Positions 13,978-64,000 of a DNA stretch of 64,000 bases are shown here, piece after piece. The translations under genes and the position numbers were made by a program. Position 1 is the stretch's first letter, and the number at the start of each line of letters is the position of its first letter. Under the pieces are notes generated by a model. It was not told where the DNA came from, made no database searches, and saw only the letters and a program-made list of their open reading frames with translations. The DNA is taken from positions 1,116,001 through 1,180,000 of the forward strand of contig CM022666.1 in assembly GCA_012295275.1 (NCBI GenBank), in the 5' to 3' direction. Source of the DNA: Chrysomallon squamiferum. Taxonomy: Eukaryota > Animalia > Mollusca.

Positions 13978-14123
13978 TACATACATACATACCTACATAT
14001 ACAGAAAAAACATACATACATATATACATACATACATAGATACTTACATACATACATATACATACATACATACATACATACATACATACATACATACATA
14101 CATACATCCTTACATACATACAT
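13978..14123. repeat. (ATAC)n microsatellite
   Basis: Imperfect tetranucleotide run. Confidence 0.9.
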
Positions 14124-14329
14124 TCTTTATTTGATAATATGCTTATCTTTTTCTCATTTCATGCAGAAAGCTACCAGTAGTATGACTTTTCTTTTGACTG
14201 ATATATTTATTTACATCATAATATTACAGCCATTTTTAACATAGTTTCTTATATTAGCAACATCACATTACTTTAATAATCCTGAAACCTAGCTTCTGAA
14301 GAAAAATTATTTTCTTACTAGTCCACTGC

Positions 14330-14460
14330 AAATAGGTATTTCCCATTCCAGTCATTGCTCCTCTACAGGTGGTGTTTTAATTTTTCTGTTTATGGGAAGG
14401 TGCTTATGAAAGAAATGTTACTGCTAATCTGTAAGAGTAACCCACAAAGTAAATGACATG
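14330..14460 (+). mobile_element. Degraded SINE-like interspersed repeat fragment
   Basis: ctgtttatgggaaggtgcttatgaaagaaatgttactgctaatctgtaagagtaaccc matches the core at 5193-5250. Confidence 0.6.
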
Positions 14461-14699
14461 TCATTTTTTAAATTGCTTTCATCATTACACAAAAGTTACA
14501 TCTGAAACATAATCTTACATTATAAAATTTGCTAAACTGTTATCAACTGTTGAAGTTTCATCATTTGTTGAAGTGTCATCGAATGTTGAAGGTCAATTTG
14601 TTCTGAATGTTTTTCAGTGTTATAAAAATGTTAGCTGTTGGTCCACCAAGTATGTGATTACATTATGTAAAAGTATATCTTTGGTGATAGTATTAGTGT

Positions 14700-14968
14700 C
14701 ATTATCATACAGTTTGTCCAAAACAATAAAATAACATTCTTAAATGATAATATTTTTTTTTAAATTTGATCTATTTTATTTGAAAACAAAATTGATGATG
14801 ATGATGATAATAATAACAATAAAATAAGAATAAGAATAAATTTAAAAAAATAAAATAAAATAAGTAAATATAAACAGTTTCAGTTTTATTTAATTTCTGG
14901 TTGGTTGCTGAAAATAAGGAAATAATTCTTTGATTGTAAAGATTATAAATCAGATTATCTGACTTCAG

Positions 14969-15004
<36 letters not shown>

Positions 15005-15910
15005 AACTCATTTATTTTTTATTTCATGTATAGTCAGTTCCATCTTGCAGTCAAACATAACATTCCTGGATGATAAAAAGATTTATAAACAAACAAAACC
15101 TGATCTTACTTCTTTGAAGACAATTCCAAAGTAAATATTTATATTTTCACTTTTTATTTCAAATCTAGACAGTTGAAGTCAAAGATAACATTCTTTGATG
15201 ATAATAAGATTTCTTAAACAAACAAAATCTGATTGTATTGATTTGAAGAAAAACCTGAAGATATGATTGTCAGTTTTATTTCAGATTTAGCAAGGTCATA
15301 TTGCTGAGGATGGTCTCGAAGAAAACTGTGATCTTTGAAAGTCGAATGTTAAAAATTAAAATTCTAGACAGTTAGAGAAAACATTCTTGGACATAATAGA
15401 GATTTGTAAAAAAGTAAAATTTAATTTTTATTACATTTAAAGGGAACAAAAGGTTTTAGTTCGGTGCTTGCAAGTTCCATTTTGATGAGGAATATTTCCA
15501 TTTTGTAACCAAGGAATATTTAAACAGTAGAACAACATTAAATGTTAAAATTAAAGTTCTGGACTCTTCCACAGTTCTGTATGAAATAACATTCTACAGT
15601 GATACAGATATTTTTAAACAGGTCAAATTAGATTTTACTGAATTTAAATGAAATAAAAAAAAATAATAAATAAAAAAAAAAAAAAAACACAACAACAACA
15701 ACAACAATAAATAAACAAAAAGCCTCACCTATCACAATTTTCAATTTAATTGCAAATCTGACCTGTACCATAAAATCAAACAAACTCTTGTCTTTGAAAA
15801 ATTTAATGTTCAAAAAATGAAGTTCACTTTGCAATCAAAGATAACGTTCTTGGAAAGAAAGTATAGAGATTTATTAACAAGTAAAATCCAGTCTTATTGA
15901 ATTTGAGTGG
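14700..15910. repeat. Old degenerate tandem array, about 7 units of about 130-250 bp
   Basis: Recurring ataacattct...gat(a/g)ata..agattt....aaacaa..aaaatctgat core near 14730, 14920, 15057, 15185, 15380, 15585 and 15840. Confidence 0.65.
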
Positions 15911-16619
15911 GGGTTAAAAAAAAAAAAAAATGAAGTTAAGTTTCAAGAATTTGACTTTTATTAAAATTTATCTCGTTCTCATCCTGGTTCCGACTTGAGT
16001 TCAACTTTCCCATCTCACGTTAAGTGATCTTAATCCTTTCTGCAGCGTCTGCCATCATGAATTGTGCAGAGAATATTCTTCTTCATTCACTCTTGATGGC
16101 TTCTGTTCTTTTATTTCAACTGTCGCAATCCTTTTTACTGTGTCTGAGCTTCGCAAACAGTTTGTGAAAGTCGTAAAGTTTAACGCGGAGAGGAGTACAT
16201 TCCTCGAAAACTGCAATTTTACAGATGGATAACTGCACAAATTACACAATATTGATTGGATCTTCACTGTTCTAAGCCTTGCTGGCTTTGTTAGAGTCAC
16301 CACATTGTTACGTCATCTTTTTTTGTAACAATTCCAAAAGAGTCGATTGTTTAAGAGTTGTTGTTAGTTTTTTCTCTTTCTATCTCTTTCTTTTTTGTGA
16401 AAAGTCATTTGTTTATAATAATTTGCTACACATGTTGATTTATTTCCTTGAATGGGTGGTATAAATGTATCATAGACATAAGTAGATAGATAAATTGGTT
16501 TGATGTCTGGGTAGATGTCCACATTTATTTTATTGGTTGATAGATTTTCAAATGATTTAGATATTTGAATAGATGGATTAAATGGGTTTAAAAGGTGGGT
16601 GGTTTATATAAACAGGTGT

Positions 16620-16815
16620 GATGTGTGAATATAAGAATAGCTTTGATGGTTAGGTAGATAATATAAATGGGTTTGATAGGTGAGTTTGATGTGTGAATAT
16701 AAGAATAGCTTTGATGGTTAGGTAGATAATATAAATGGGTTTGATAGGTGAGTTTGATGTGTGAATATATAAATAGCTTTGATGGTTAGGTAGATAATAT
16801 AAATGGGTTTGATAG
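16620..16815. repeat. 68-bp tandem repeat, about 3 copies
   Basis: atgtgtgaatataagaatagctttgatggttaggtagataatataaatgggtttgataggtgagtttg at 16621, 16689 and 16757. Confidence 0.93.
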
Positions 16816-18139
16816 ATGGGTAGTTATAAAAGCAGGTGGATATATATATATATATATAGATTTGATGTGTAGGTAGATAAAACAAATTTGGTTTTAATTT
16901 GTGAGTGGGTATGCAATTGGGTTTGATAAATTTTGGTGTGGTTTCTGTTGATTAATGCAGACAAACATAGTTTAAAAATACAGACACATGTAATATATTT
17001 ATATAAGCAATGTGTGTGAGTTTTATGCTAATCAGGCTAATAAACAAATGCAGAAAAAAAAGATATTTTAAAACAGTTCAAACAAACTGACATTTACACA
17101 AGCTTTCAGAAAATACAGAGAATCATTAATTCTAGACATCATTTTAGTTCAGTTCTTCCAAATGTTATATTATACACAAACCTGGAATGGAATTAAAATG
17201 CTAGATCATTCTTCACAATATCTGACGTCTGTCTGTTAGGCGACAAATTAATGATACATTATTTATTCCAGTCCTGGGAATTCTAGCAAGAGTTTCATGT
17301 CTAACAACAACAATAGCTTAACAATTAGCCATAAAACAAATGTAAATTTGTTACTTATAAGACTCACAAGGGAATCATATCAACAGTTGTTGTTCTTGTG
17401 TTAATGAAAATGTCGTCTTTTTTCTGTACCAATAATTCATTCTAATGTTGCTATTAGTATTTTTAATATGCTTGAAACGGTACTTCGAGAAAAATAGTGA
17501 TGCACGTGCTTGTGAAATAACAATAACATTTTGGTATTTGGTAATAAAATGAATACTACAGTTGTATTTTTCATAGTTTAATTACTTTCTTGAGTAAACT
17601 GATAATAGTGGTGTCGTTTATTGTGCCCATGTTCATGGTTGTTATTCATATTTTACTGACAGAGTAATGGTTATTGTGGAGTAAATAGATGTAAAGATAT
17701 ACCACTTTATACTTCATGTCTGAAATAGTTGGGTAATGTTTTGTTTAATGGTTTGTCACATGGGTTTAATAAAACTGTTTAAAAAATATTATTTTTAAAT
17801 TATTTATTATTATTATTATTATTATTATTTAATTGGATTTTTTAAAAATATGTTATTGTTATTATTATTTATTATTATTACAACTATTATTATTTTGTTA
17901 TATTAATATTGTTGTTGTTATTATTATTATTATTAATAAACCATTTACACTTATATTATTAATTTATATAAATATTTAATAAAGGTTTCTTTTTTTTAAA
18001 TATTTACTTATTACTGAAAATTATTTTGACCTAAGATCTATTACAAAAATTTAAAAAAATCAGCTTAGATTATTAATCCTAACATTATTTTTGGTGTACT
18101 TTTTTATTTATTTATTTATTTATTTATTTATTTTATTAT

Positions 18140-18194
<55 letters not shown>

Positions 18195-18383
18195 ATTATA
18201 ATGTTTTTAATATTTAAAATATATTCATTGTTTTTTAATTAACCAATACCATTTATAATTTATTTTATATATATTTTATATATTCATCATTACTGTATTT
18301 GTTCTTTAAAATATCATACAACTTACATTATCTGTAACAAATATAATAAAAAGTGTTTTTTTCTCTTTCTTTTTATTTTGCAG

Positions 18384-62808
<44,425 letters not shown>

Positions 62809-63760
62809 GTAACAGTTACACCTTGAATTTTTAAAACTATATTCACAAAATACAGTTTTTCCCTTTCCCAGCATGGTTCATCTAAAAAGCCAACCACATA
62901 TAGTATTATTTTCCTGTCATTGGGAAGACATGTATAAACAAAATTATTTTGCTAACTTTTTTTTTTTTTTTTTTTTTTTAAAGTAGTGACTGTCTGTTTA
63001 TCCATAATTATGTAATTGTTTATCACTGTTATAGTATTGGCTGTTAATATATATTTCCTTGATGATAATTTATACAGTATATATCTAATTACTATATATT
63101 TTTAATAATTTTTATCTAGGAGTTTTATAACAATTCAGTATAAAATATAAAACTGTGTTTGTTATTTTTGCAGTTCAGTTTGTCTAACTTTAAAAAAAAA
63201 AAAAAAAATACACACATATATATCTGAAGAGATTATATTTAACAATTTTATATTTATATTAGAATAATCAATATAAATATTTCTATTAAAATTTTTACAA
63301 CAGCTGGTTTCTGTCAGTGCATGTCTATAAAAAGAGTTTAATTATTTCAAAGCAGACAGATGTGAATTTCTGTGACAACAGGCTTTGTTCTAGAAATCAG
63401 GATTAATAAAAATTCTACACTTTCAAATTAACTGCTTCTGTTTCCACAAACTCATCAAATGTATTTGTTTTGACAAGAGGCATATTTTGAAACAGTGAAC
63501 GTACTGTTATTGTGTGAAATAGGAAATTCAGATTATGTTATTAGATGAAAAATTGGTTATGCTTTGAGAGGTTGACAGAAGATAAGCTTAAATGTCTGTT
63601 GAATCTTCTCCTGCTCAGTGAATGTATGAAAATCCCTTTATAGGTTGGGAGGGGAGGGGGCTTGAGGATTTTTTTTGATTTTTTTATTTATTGGTTTTTT
63701 TGTAATACATTTATTTTATTTTATTTTATTTTATTTTATTTTATTTTATTTTATTTTATT

Positions 63761-63831
<71 letters not shown>

Positions 63832-63946
63832 TTTTTTATAAGGGGAAGGTTGGTAAAGTTTTCTGGATAATTTTATTTTTTGACTGTTAATTAGTTCATA
63901 TATTTTTGTCCTAAAATTTCCTTTTTAATTTCCTTATTTTATTATA

Positions 63947-63998
<52 letters not shown>

Positions 63999-64000
63999 AA

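Noticed and set aside
1-18383. Upstream CASK exons (CaMK-like domain, main L27N exon)
   Set aside because: No matching peptide was found; they probably lie 5' of the window, beyond an intron longer than 18 kb.

Overview
This is very AT-rich, microsatellite-dense animal genomic DNA. A recurring SINE-like repeat suggests a mollusc, probably a gastropod, but that is inference from memory. The window appears to lie entirely inside one + strand gene, CASK (Lin-2, a MAGUK scaffold). Eight GT-AG exons between 18384 and 62808 splice in frame into the end of L27N, the L27C domain, the PDZ domain and the start of SH3. The CaMK-like N-terminus lies upstream of the window and the rest of SH3-HOOK-GUK lies downstream. 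The strongest unusual feature is a tandemly duplicated exon pair (59641-59724 and 59838-59906). Each exon encodes the end of PDZ helix alphaB, strand betaF and the PDZ-SH3 linker, so they are probably mutually exclusive exons, and they are flanked by Rbfox (T)GCATG motifs and G-runs. Weaker candidates are an internal promoter or poison exon in the 28-kb intron, an in-frame 54-nt cassette exon, a recursive splice site, two RFX X-boxes, and a 48-bp minisatellite that appears to have expanded inside a SINE. Apart from those overlapping CASK exons, the supplied ORFs are microsatellite or low-complexity artefacts or have no recognisable homology. No CRISPR, rRNA, intact tRNA or intact transposon was seen.
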